DNA from: Ahrensia sp.
Lineage (GTDB): Bacteria; Pseudomonadota; Alphaproteobacteria; Rhizobiales; Rhizobiaceae
DNA length: 64,000 bases
Direction: 5' to 3'
NCBI GenBank assembly: GCA_028817895.1
Contig: JAPPOQ010000005.1
Location: 98,652-162,651, forward strand
Numbering within the stretch: position 1 is the first letter of the stretch; every line of letters begins with the position of its first letter. The notes under the pieces were generated by a model that saw only the letters and a list, made by a program, of their open reading frames with translations, was not told the DNA's origin and made no database searches. Shown here one piece after another: positions 21,335-28,403 of the stretch. Both the position numbers and the translations under genes were made by a program.

Positions 21335-22426
21335 TCAGCTGCGGGTCGGCGCCCGTTTGGGAACATCCCAGACTTCACCTGGCTGCAGCCTTCGAAACAC
21401 GTCTGCGGAAACGCCATGCTTGGCGCGAGCGGCATCGAGATCGGCGATCTGATCCTCGATGGACTCATCGGTAAGCTGAAACGTTCCCCAATGATGGCCA
21501 AGCGTCATCTCTGCGCCGCATAGGAGGTGACCGCGTACAGCTTCTTCCGGATTTTGATGTTGCGGCTTCATGAAATGGCGTGGTTGGTAGGCAGCAAATG
21601 GAAGGATCGCCAGGCGGAAGCCACCATATTTGTCATAGGCCGCCTGGTAATTGATGCCGCGATGAAAACCGGTATCGCCTATATGATAGATCTTTCCCAT
21701 GGGGCCTTGAAGCACGAAGGCGGCCCATAGCGCATTGCGACGATCGCTCAGGCCACGTGCTGACCAGTGATGCATGGGTTCAAGCGTTGCGGTCACGCTG
21801 TCAGAAAGCTGGATCGTGTCGCCCCAGTCACCGACTGCGACACGGAAACTCGCATCATGCGAGCGCAGGATCGTATCATTGCCAAGCGGGGCGACGACGA
21901 GTGTTCCATGCTCACGGTGCAGCCTTTGCAGCGTGGCCACATCCATGTGATCGTAGTGATTGTGCGACAGAAGAACGACATCGATCTTCGGCAAATCCTC
22001 AAACGCGATGCCCGGAGGGTTGACCCGCTTGGGCCCAGCGAAAGTCACGGGGGAGGCTCTTTGAGACCATAGCGGATCGGTGAGAATGTTCAATCCGCCA
22101 GTTTGCAGCAACACCGTGGCATGGCCGACAAAGCAGGCGCGCAAAGCATCGCCCTCAACACGCGGCGGGGGCTTGTCCTGAAAGGGAGACGGGTAGCTAT
22201 CAGGCCATGTTTTTCGCCCGTTGCCCAGCTGCCATTTTATGAGATCGACAAAACCCTTGGGCGGTTCACCATCCGGGTTGAAGAAGTTGACGCCATCGAA
22301 ATGATCGGTAACCGGACCATCATAGTAAGGGTTTCTTGAACGAGCGATAGCGAGCGATCCAATTCCTGCGGCTGCGCCACCCAAACCCAACATAGCTGCC
22401 CATTTGAGGAACAGTCTGCGTCTCAT
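21335..22426 (-). CDS. exported MBL-fold metallo-hydrolase (NAPE-PLD-like)
   Basis: Twin-arginine-type signal MRRRLFLKWAAMLGLGGAAAG and the metallo-beta-lactamase motif SHNHYDHMD. Confidence 0.8.
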   Translation of the reverse strand: MRRRLFLKWAAMLGLGGAAAGIGSLAIARSRNPYYDGPVTDHFDGVNFFNPDGEPPKGFVDLIKWQLGNGRKTWPDSYPSPFQDKPPPRVEGDALRACFVGHATVLLQTGGLNILTDPLWSQRASPVTFAGPKRVNPPGIAFEDLPKIDVVLLSHNHYDHMDVATLQRLHREHGTLVVAPLGNDTILRSHDASFRVAVGDWGDTIQLSDSVTATLEPMHHWSARGLSDRRNALWAAFVLQGPMGKIYHIGDTGFHRGINYQAAYDKYGGFRLAILPFAAYQPRHFMKPQHQNPEEAVRGHLLCGAEMTLGHHWGTFQLTDESIEDQIADLDAARAKHGVSADVFRRLQPGEVWDVPKRAPTRS

Positions 22427-22483
22427 CGCGATACCGGGTGTTGAGCAAGATCACAGCGATACTGAGACCAAAAACAATTGGAT

Positions 22484-22660
22484 TCAATAGGGATAGTCGG
22501 AAACCTTGGGCTTCTGTGCCTCACCAGCACGACGTCCCTTCGTGTTTGTTTCCTGAACGGGTGCGGCCTCGGCATGATCAGGCGGCAAAGCAGCGGCAGA
22601 CAAATCCATCTGCCGCTTGCCGCCCGGGGCCGGTTCGTTTCCTGAGATCATCATCGTCAT
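22484..22660 (-). CDS. possible 58-aa small protein upstream of the MBL hydrolase (weak call)
   Basis: The ATG at 22660 is preceded by GAGGGA. The product is low-complexity with no motif, and a strong hairpin is embedded at about 22590-22620. Confidence 0.25.
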   Translation of the reverse strand: MTMMISGNEPAPGGKRQMDLSAAALPPDHAEAAPVQETNTKGRRAGEAQKPKVSDYPY

Positions 22661-22730
22661 CGGTCTGTCCCTCACAGAATGCGTAACGAATGGAATGGTT
22701 GCGTGTCTAAAGCCCCAGTTGCGGGGAATC

Positions 22731-22746
22731 CGTGAGATTTCTCACG
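22731..22746. promoter_or_regulatory. palindrome CGTGAGA-TT-TCTCACG (candidate protein-binding site or hairpin)
   Basis: Perfect 7-bp arms. The same GTGAGAT..TCTCAC core recurs at 23013-23029. Confidence 0.3.
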
Positions 22747-22843
22747 AGACGGTATCGCCCGCGTTGGGACGACTTTTCACAAGATGTCGAACACTATCTG
22801 CCCGGCTTTGACATTTCGCAAGGCGCCGATCGTTCAATCCTTC

Positions 22844-22872
22844 TTGACGAACCCTTGATCGCAGACTTATAC
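22844..22872 (+). promoter_or_regulatory. sigma70-like promoter candidate (TTGACG-17 nt-TTATAC)
   Basis: The -35 box is at 22844-22849 and the -10 box at 22867-22872, with a 17-nt spacer. It faces ffh. Confidence 0.35.
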
Positions 22873-22943
22873 AGCCGCAACTCTAGCATTGATGCCATGA
22901 GCCACTGACTGCATGACGCCGGAACAGGCGCTGCAGAAGTCAC

Positions 22944-22978
22944 CACCCGCCAGCGTGATACGCCCGCGGGTGTTTTTT
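22944..22978 (+). terminator. intrinsic terminator-like hairpin plus T6, 68 nt upstream of the ffh ATG
   Basis: CACCCGC (22944-22950) pairs with GCGGGTG (22966-22972), with inner GCG/CGC pairs. TTTTTT follows immediately. Confidence 0.55.
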
Positions 22979-23012
22979 GCGTGTGGTTTTGATGGGTTGA
23001 TGACACTAACTG

Positions 23013-23029
23013 GGTGAGATCGTCTCACC
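23013..23029. promoter_or_regulatory. palindrome GGTGAGA-TCG-TCTCACC abutting the ffh ribosome-binding region
   Basis: Perfect 7-bp arms. GGAGAAA and then the ffh ATG at 23047 follow. Confidence 0.3.
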
Positions 23030-23046
23030 GGAGAAACGTAACCGGC

Positions 23047-24579
23047 ATGTTTGAATCGCTGTCAGACAGGTTGAGCGGGATTTTTGACGGGCTGACGCGC
23101 CGTGGCGCGCTGTCGGAAAAGGACGTCAACAGCGCTTTGCGTGAGGTTCGCCGCGCGCTCATCGAAGCGGATGTTGCGCTGGATGTTGTTCGCTCCTTCA
23201 CCGAGGCGGTACGCGAAAAGGCGCTCGGCGCCTCTGTCGTTAAGTCAGTCACCCCCGGCCAGATGGTCGTCAAGATCGTCCATGACGAATTGGTGCGCAT
23301 GCTCGGCGAAGAGGATGCCGCGATCAGCCTGAACGCTCCGGCGCCGGTCGGTGTGATGATGGTTGGCCTGCAGGGTTCGGGCAAAACCACGACCACCGGC
23401 AAGATCGCCAAGCGCATGCAGGACAAGCAGAACAAAAAAGTTCTGATGGCTTCGCTCGATGTGCGCCGTCCGGCCGCGCAAGAGCAGCTGCGGCAGCTTG
23501 GCGAGCAGACCGGTATTGAGACATTGCCGATTGTTGCTGAACAGACACCGGTTCAGATCGCAAATCGTGCTGTTCAGGCGGCGAAACTGGGCGGGTTCGA
23601 TGTCGTCATTTTTGACACGGCGGGCCGCACTTCGATCGACGAACCGCTGATGGCGGAAATGGCGGATATCAAGGCCGCTGCCAAACCGCACGAAATTCTG
23701 CTCGTTGCCGATTCGCTCACAGGTCAGGACGCCGTCAATCTGGCGCAGAACTTCGACAGCCGTGTCGGCATCACCGGCCTCGTACTGACACGTATTGACG
23801 GTGATGGGCGCGGCGGTGCCGCGCTCTCCATGCGTGCCGTGACAGGCAAGCCGATCAAACTTCTCGGCACGGGTGAAAAGATGGATGCGCTGGAGGATTT
23901 CTATCCCAAGCGCATCGCTGACCGTATTTTGGGTATGGGCGATATTGTGTCGCTCGTCGAAAGGGCATCCGAGACTATCGACGCGGAGCAGGCTCAGGCC
24001 ATGGCCGCGAAGATGAAGAAGGGCCTCTTCGACATGGACGATCTGTCCCAGCAACTCGGCCAGATGTCGAAAATGGGCGGTATGGGGTCCATCATGAAAA
24101 TGATGCCCGGCATCGGCAAGATGGCCAAGCAGATCGAGAGTGCCGGGATCGATGACAGCGTCTTCAGGAAGCAGCAGGCGATCATTTCGTCCATGACGCG
24201 CAAGGAGCGCAAGACGCCGAAACTGCTCAATGCTTCGCGCAAGCGCCGCATCGCCGCCGGTTCAGGATCGACCGTGCAGGAGGTCAACCAGCTTCTAAAA
24301 ATGCATCGGCAGATGGCCGACATGATGAAGGCGATGTCAGGCAAAAAGGGCAAGGGTCTGATGGGCAAGATGGCGGCCGCGATGGGCCTTCCCGGTGGCG
24401 GCATGCCGGGAATGGGCGGCATGCCAGGCGGAATGGCTGGCGGAACGCCCGATCCAGCAAAGATCGAAGAGATGGCCCGCCAGATGCAGGGCATGGGCCA
24501 GATGCCGAAGCTGCCCGGTCTTGGTGGACCGAAACTTCCGGGCCTCGGCGGTTCGCCCTTTGGTGGTAAAAAGAAATGA
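23047..24579 (+). CDS. ffh: signal recognition particle protein Ffh
   Basis: MFESLSDRLSGIF N-terminus, G-domain motifs GLQGSGKTTTTGK and DTAGR, and a Met/Gly-rich M domain and tail. Confidence 0.96.
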   Translation: MFESLSDRLSGIFDGLTRRGALSEKDVNSALREVRRALIEADVALDVVRSFTEAVREKALGASVVKSVTPGQMVVKIVHDELVRMLGEEDAAISLNAPAPVGVMMVGLQGSGKTTTTGKIAKRMQDKQNKKVLMASLDVRRPAAQEQLRQLGEQTGIETLPIVAEQTPVQIANRAVQAAKLGGFDVVIFDTAGRTSIDEPLMAEMADIKAAAKPHEILLVADSLTGQDAVNLAQNFDSRVGITGLVLTRIDGDGRGGAALSMRAVTGKPIKLLGTGEKMDALEDFYPKRIADRILGMGDIVSLVERASETIDAEQAQAMAAKMKKGLFDMDDLSQQLGQMSKMGGMGSIMKMMPGIGKMAKQIESAGIDDSVFRKQQAIISSMTRKERKTPKLLNASRKRRIAAGSGSTVQEVNQLLKMHRQMADMMKAMSGKKGKGLMGKMAAAMGLPGGGMPGMGGMPGGMAGGTPDPAKIEEMARQMQGMGQMPKLPGLGGPKLPGLGGSPFGGKKK

Positions 24580-25121
24580 CACTCTCGGTTCTTGATATTC
24601 CGGTCATCGAGACGGATCGCCTGATCCTTCGGGGGTGGCGCGAGGGGGATGTTCCGGCAATCCGCGAACTTGTCATGAATGAGGAAGCCACACGTTTTAT
24701 CGGCGGCACCTCAAAATACTGGCAACCTTTCCGCACGCTTTGCATGTTCATCGGACATTGGCACTTTCGCGGCTTCAGCTTCTTTGCCGTCGAAGAAAAG
24801 GCATCGGGCGAATGCATTGGGTGGTGCGGTCCATGGAAGCCGGATGGCTGGCCCGACAACGAACTGGGCTATGCATTGCGCAAGAGTTCTTGGGGCAAGG
24901 GCTACGCGACCGAAGCGGCGAAAGCGAGCCTGAGATTCGCCTATGGATCGCTTGGCTGGACGACGGCGATCAGTTGCATTGATGCTGACAATCACGGCTC
25001 CCAGGGCGTTGCCAAACATCTTGGTGCGACTCTGGAAGCGAAAGATGTGGAGGTGACGGACTTTCGCTGTGACGTGTGGCGCCATCTGCCGCCGCAACAA
25101 TTCATGGAGCAGTTCGCATGA
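24576..25121 (+). CDS. GNAT-family N-acetyltransferase (RimJ/RimL-like)
   Basis: 181 aa. ATGA overlap with the ffh stop. LRGWREGD... and WGKGYATEA segments are typical of RimJ-like GNATs. Confidence 0.75.
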   Translation: MTLSVLDIPVIETDRLILRGWREGDVPAIRELVMNEEATRFIGGTSKYWQPFRTLCMFIGHWHFRGFSFFAVEEKASGECIGWCGPWKPDGWPDNELGYALRKSSWGKGYATEAAKASLRFAYGSLGWTTAISCIDADNHGSQGVAKHLGATLEAKDVEVTDFRCDVWRHLPPQQFMEQFA

Positions 25122-25399
25122 CACCCATAGAACAGCTTCATCAGTATCGTGCCTCGATCGATAATTTCGATGCGGCGCTCATACATATTCTTGCCGAACG
25201 CTTTCGCGTCACAAAGGCGGTTGGAAAACTAAAGGCACAAAACGATTTGCCGCCCTCTGATCCTGCGCGAGAAGAAGAGCAGATCGCCCGTTTGCGCCGA
25301 TTGGCCGAACGTGCCGATCTCGACCCGGATTTTGCCGAAAAACTTCTCGAATTCGTCATTCGCGAAGTCATTCGGCACCACGAACAAGCGCGCAGCTAG
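25118..25399 (+). CDS. chorismate mutase (AroQ class)
   Basis: 93 aa from the ATG at 25118. The helical AroQ signature is RASIDNFDAALIHILAERFRVTKAVGKLK. ATGA overlap with the upstream GNAT. Confidence 0.8.
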   Translation: MTPIEQLHQYRASIDNFDAALIHILAERFRVTKAVGKLKAQNDLPPSDPAREEEQIARLRRLAERADLDPDFAEKLLEFVIREVIRHHEQARS

Positions 25400-25447
25400 T
25401 CGCGCTTTCAAACCAATCAGACATGAACACCTGAAGGACAAACACTC

Positions 25448-25867
25448 ATGGCTACCCGTATTCGTCTGGCCCGTGGCGGCTCCAAGAAGCGTCCATTTTA
25501 CAGCATCGTTGCTGCCGACGCTCGCGCCCCACGCGACGGCCGCTTCATTGAAAAGCTTGGCACATACAATCCGCTTCTTCCGCGCGATGCTGAAAACCGC
25601 GTCACGCTGAACAAGGAGCGCATTCAACACTGGCTCGATCAGGGCGCTTTGCCGACCGACCGTGTCGCTCGCTTTCTGGATGCTGAAGGCATGGTGAAGC
25701 GCGAAGCACGCAACAATCCCAACAAGGCGAAACCGGGCAAAAAAGCACAGGAACGCATTGAAGAGAAAAAGCAGAAGGAAGAGGACGCCCGCGAAGCCGC
25801 CGCCGCTGCCGAAGCCGAAACCGCTGAAGCAACTGAAGCGCCCGCCGAAGAAGCTGCGGCTGAATAG
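25448..25867 (+). CDS. rpsP: 30S ribosomal protein S16
   Basis: [42 protein letters not shown], with an alphaproteobacterial-type charged Ala/Glu-rich tail. Confidence 0.96.
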   Translation: MATRIRLARGGSKKRPFYSIVAADARAPRDGRFIEKLGTYNPLLPRDAENRVTLNKERIQHWLDQGALPTDRVARFLDAEGMVKREARNNPNKAKPGKKAQERIEEKKQKEEDAREAAAAAEAETAEATEAPAEEAAAE

Positions 25868-25948
25868 CGTATCAAGTTAATCATCTGGGAACTTTGAATA
25901 GATATTGACACGAAGAGTTTAACGACTCATATGATTCGTATCCGTTAC

Positions 25949-25970
25949 GCCCGTAGGCGGGCCTATTTTT
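25949..25970 (+). terminator. hairpin GCCCG-TAGG-CGGGC followed by CTATTTTT
   Basis: 5-bp GC stem, tetraloop and T-run, located downstream of rpsP. Confidence 0.45.
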
Positions 25971-25972
25971 GA

Positions 25973-26003
25973 GCCCTTTCGCTGCAATGCGGAAGGGCTT
26001 TTT
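25973..26003 (+). terminator. hairpin GCCCTTTCGC-TGCAAT-GCGGAAGGGC followed by TTTTT
   Basis: 10-bp stem with one G-U pair, a 6-nt loop and T5. It ends about 20 nt before the NYN gene ATG. Confidence 0.6.
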
Positions 26004-26023
26004 AGTTGATTTTGGAGTGTGTC

Positions 26024-26623
26024 ATGCTTGTAGCCGTTCTGATCGACGGAGGCTATCTTCGTGCCGAGGCCAGAAAATATAGATACAACCCAGACTTCAT
26101 TGAAAAATTCACTCGGTCAATTCTAGCAGAAGATGAACAGCTGTTTCGGGCATTTTACTACGATTGCGATCCGTTTGTGGGAGAGCTCGAACTTCCTGTT
26201 TCGGGTAAGAAGCGAAAATATGAGGCAAGAGGTTGGCTCGATATTCTGGCCACCAAGGAACTATTTGCGGTTCGTAGAGGCGTTTTGAAGTTTAGGGGTT
26301 TCAAACCCAAACGAGTGCCGGTAGCAAGCAGTACTTTGTCGGACGATGAATTTCGCCCTGACTTTGAGCAAAAGGGAGTGGACATGCGGATAGGTCTGGA
26401 CATTGCCACCTTTTCCAGTTCCGGAGCCGTAGATCGAGTAATTTTGGTCACGGGGGATACCGATTGCGTTCCGGCAATGAAACATGCCCGCATAGCCGGT
26501 CTACAGATGGTTATTGTTCAACTTCCAACGAAGAGCCTGTCTCGAGAACTTCTTTGGCATACAGATTATTGCCGCCAGGTCGAATGGCCGAAAGATGCAG
26601 AGTTGTTTCAACCTTCCAGTTGA
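26024..26623 (+). CDS. NYN (LabA-like, PIN-related) nuclease-domain protein
   Basis: NYN signature blocks VLIDGGY, KGVDMRIGLDI and VTGDTDCVPAMKHARIAGLQMVIV. GGAG lies 6 nt before the ATG. A hand count gives 45% G+C for the first 120 nt. Confidence 0.75.
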   Translation: MLVAVLIDGGYLRAEARKYRYNPDFIEKFTRSILAEDEQLFRAFYYDCDPFVGELELPVSGKKRKYEARGWLDILATKELFAVRRGVLKFRGFKPKRVPVASSTLSDDEFRPDFEQKGVDMRIGLDIATFSSSGAVDRVILVTGDTDCVPAMKHARIAGLQMVIVQLPTKSLSRELLWHTDYCRQVEWPKDAELFQPSS

Positions 26624-26625
26624 AG

Positions 26626-27144
26626 ATGCGCCCCATGTCCGTCCTCCTGGCTCGTATCGGCGCGCCGCACGGGATCAAAGGTCATGTGCGAGTCAAGGCC
26701 TTTGGCGACCCGCAGGCGCTCGATTCATATGGTGACCTGTTCACCTCAGACGGTCGCTCGCTCACAATCAAAACGATGCGAGCGTCCAAATCGGTTATGA
26801 TCGTCAAGTTCCAGTGTGTCGATACGCGAGAAGCTGCGGAGGTTTTGAATGGGTGCGAACTCTTCGTGCCCCGCAGTGCTCTTCCAGATCATGAGGACGA
26901 TGACGAGTTCTACGTCGCTGACCTCATCGGTTGCGCAGCGCTGGATAAGGCTGGCACGGCTTTGGGTACGGTTCGCGATGTTGCCAATTTCGGTGCAGGA
27001 GATTTGCTGGAGATCGCCCCCCCAGATGGGGACCAGAGCTGGTATCTCGAATTTTCCGAGACGAACGTTCCGCATGTCGATGTAAACGCAAAGCGGGTCA
27101 CCATTTGCAGACCAGACGAGGTGAGTGAGCGCGACAGCGATTGA
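26626..27144 (+). CDS. rimM: 16S rRNA processing / 30S maturation factor RimM
   Basis: GAPHGIKGHVRVKAFGDP N-terminal barrel and a PRC-barrel C-terminal half; 172 aa. The ATG is 2 nt after the NYN stop. Confidence 0.9.
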   Translation: MRPMSVLLARIGAPHGIKGHVRVKAFGDPQALDSYGDLFTSDGRSLTIKTMRASKSVMIVKFQCVDTREAAEVLNGCELFVPRSALPDHEDDDEFYVADLIGCAALDKAGTALGTVRDVANFGAGDLLEIAPPDGDQSWYLEFSETNVPHVDVNAKRVTICRPDEVSERDSD

Positions 27145-27203
27145 TCCCACCCACCTACGTGATAGGCTCTTATGGGTCGCCATTTGCCCAAATGTTGGCG
27201 GAC

Positions 27204-27743
27204 ATGCCGAGACTTTTCACCGGATTGGAAGTTCCAGCAATCTTGCGCACACGCCTGTCGTTCCTTCAATCAGGGTTGGACGGTGTGCGCTGGGTTGAAC
27301 CGGGCGATTTCCACATCACACTTCGCTTCATAGGCGATGTTTCGCCGCGCATGGCCGATGACATTTGCGAGGCGCTTTCGGGACGGGACTGGACGGCACC
27401 CAATATTGCACCCGGCGAGTTGAAAGCATTCGGAGGCTCCAAACCAAGTTCGATTTGCGTTTCGATCAGTGATGACAAGAAGTTGCAAAGGCTGGCGGCC
27501 TCTCAGGAACGGCTGATGCAATGTCTGGGATTGCCGGCTGACAGCCGAAAGTTCAAGCCGCACATCACACTGGCCCGGTGTCGCGGGTCGGCGAAGTCGG
27601 AACAGGTGGCGCGGTATCTCGCGCAAAATGGCGGCTTCTCAGCACCGGTTTTCGAACCATCGCGGTTTGTCTTGTATTCGGCCAGAGAATCGTCCGGCGG
27701 CGGACCCTATCATGTCGAAGAATGCTGGGATTTTACCGGTTGA
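27204..27743 (+). CDS. thpR: RNA 2',3'-cyclic phosphodiesterase ThpR (2H phosphoesterase, LigT-like)
   Basis: Two HxTx motifs (HITLRF and HITLAR) at the expected spacing. The start is uncertain (27141, 27192 or 27204). Confidence 0.82.
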   Translation: MPRLFTGLEVPAILRTRLSFLQSGLDGVRWVEPGDFHITLRFIGDVSPRMADDICEALSGRDWTAPNIAPGELKAFGGSKPSSICVSISDDKKLQRLAASQERLMQCLGLPADSRKFKPHITLARCRGSAKSEQVARYLAQNGGFSAPVFEPSRFVLYSARESSGGGPYHVEECWDFTG

Positions 27744-27748
27744 ACATC

Positions 27749-28059
27749 TAGAGCAAGTCTCGCCCAGATTGGAGCAGTTTGATGGGATGGGTTTTTCGAT
27801 CTGGCAAGGAGAACACCGCAGAGCGATGCCGGGCATCGCGCGAGGATTTCGACGCCGCCAGCGCGGAAAATACACCCAAGCAATTAGTGTGCAGGGCAGT
27901 GAAAATTAAGATTGGTCCGCAATCGTTTGAACTTGGTTCTTTGCGCCCTGACTGTGTTGCGCACGAACTTGTGGTGCCCGCACCACGGCGTCGCACGCGC
28001 CTTGTCAGGTCACAAATTCCCTGCGCTCAAACGATTCAATCTGGGCGAGATTTGCTCTA
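27749..28059. repeat. 311-bp noncoding element bounded by 23-bp inverted repeats, with nested internal hairpins (MITE-like or structured RNA)
   Basis: TAGAGCAAGTCTCGCCCAGATTG (27749-27771) pairs with CAATCTGGGCGAGATTTGCTCTA (28037-28059) at 22/23. An inner 10-bp inverted repeat AATCGTTTGA (27921-27930) / TCAAACGATT (28027-28036) encloses CCTGAC/GTCAGG and GTGGTG-CCCG-CACCAC. Confidence 0.6.
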
Positions 28060-28107
28060 CCCGTGTTGCGCGTTGATGATTCAGATCACAAAGACAGGAA
28101 GCAGGCC

Positions 28108-28395
28108 ATGGCAGAGTTGTTGAGCGATGAAGCGCGCGAAAGAGCGCTTTCCGGTCTGGACGACTGGGACGGCTCGAGCGGCAAATCGATCGCCAAGACC
28201 TTTCGATTTGAGACCTTCGCCCAGGCCTTTGGCTTTATGGCGACCATCGCGGTGATAGCTGAAAAGATGGATCACCACCCGGACTGGACCAATGTCTACA
28301 ACCGGGTTGAAGTCACCCTTTCAACGCATGACAAGGGTGGCGTGACGCAACTCGACATTGACCTCGCCGCCGCCATGAATGCCGCAGCGTCCTGA
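28108..28395 (+). CDS. phhB: pterin-4-alpha-carbinolamine dehydratase
   Basis: 95 aa with the PCD motif DHHPDW plus the NVYNRVEVTLSTHD segment. Confidence 0.88.
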   Translation: MAELLSDEARERALSGLDDWDGSSGKSIAKTFRFETFAQAFGFMATIAVIAEKMDHHPDWTNVYNRVEVTLSTHDKGGVTQLDIDLAAAMNAAAS

Positions 28396-28403
28396 AGATG
28401 CCC

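Noticed and set aside
22879-22978. SRP (4.5S) RNA gene next to ffh
   Set aside because: The candidate transcript contains GCCGGAACAGGC. It lacks the conserved domain IV sequence (GGUCCGGAAGGAAGCAGCC-like) and the long end-to-end helix expected for bacterial SRP RNA.
22913-23017. 34-codon plus-strand ORF running through the terminator hairpin, considered as a leader peptide
   Set aside because: It has no Shine-Dalgarno sequence and no run of regulatory codons. The reading frame seems incidental, so it was kept only as a remote possibility under the sRNA/leader finding.
23245-24054. 269-aa minus-strand ORF antisense to ffh
   Set aside because: It is embedded in ffh, which has unambiguous SRP54 motifs. 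There is no start context or recognisable domain. This is a high-GC antisense artefact.
27749-28059. Two-piece tmRNA, 6S RNA or RNase P RNA in the thpR-phhB gap
   Set aside because: There is no tRNA-like T-arm (GGTTCGA-type), no ANDN...AA tag frame, and no GAGGAAAGTCC RNase P motif. The 22/23 terminal stem is far more perfect than 6S-type closing helices.
27779-28123. 114-aa ORF filling the thpR-phhB gap
   Set aside because: It reads straight through the inverted repeats and into the phhB start. It has no ribosome-binding site, and the product is Arg/Cys-rich with no motif.
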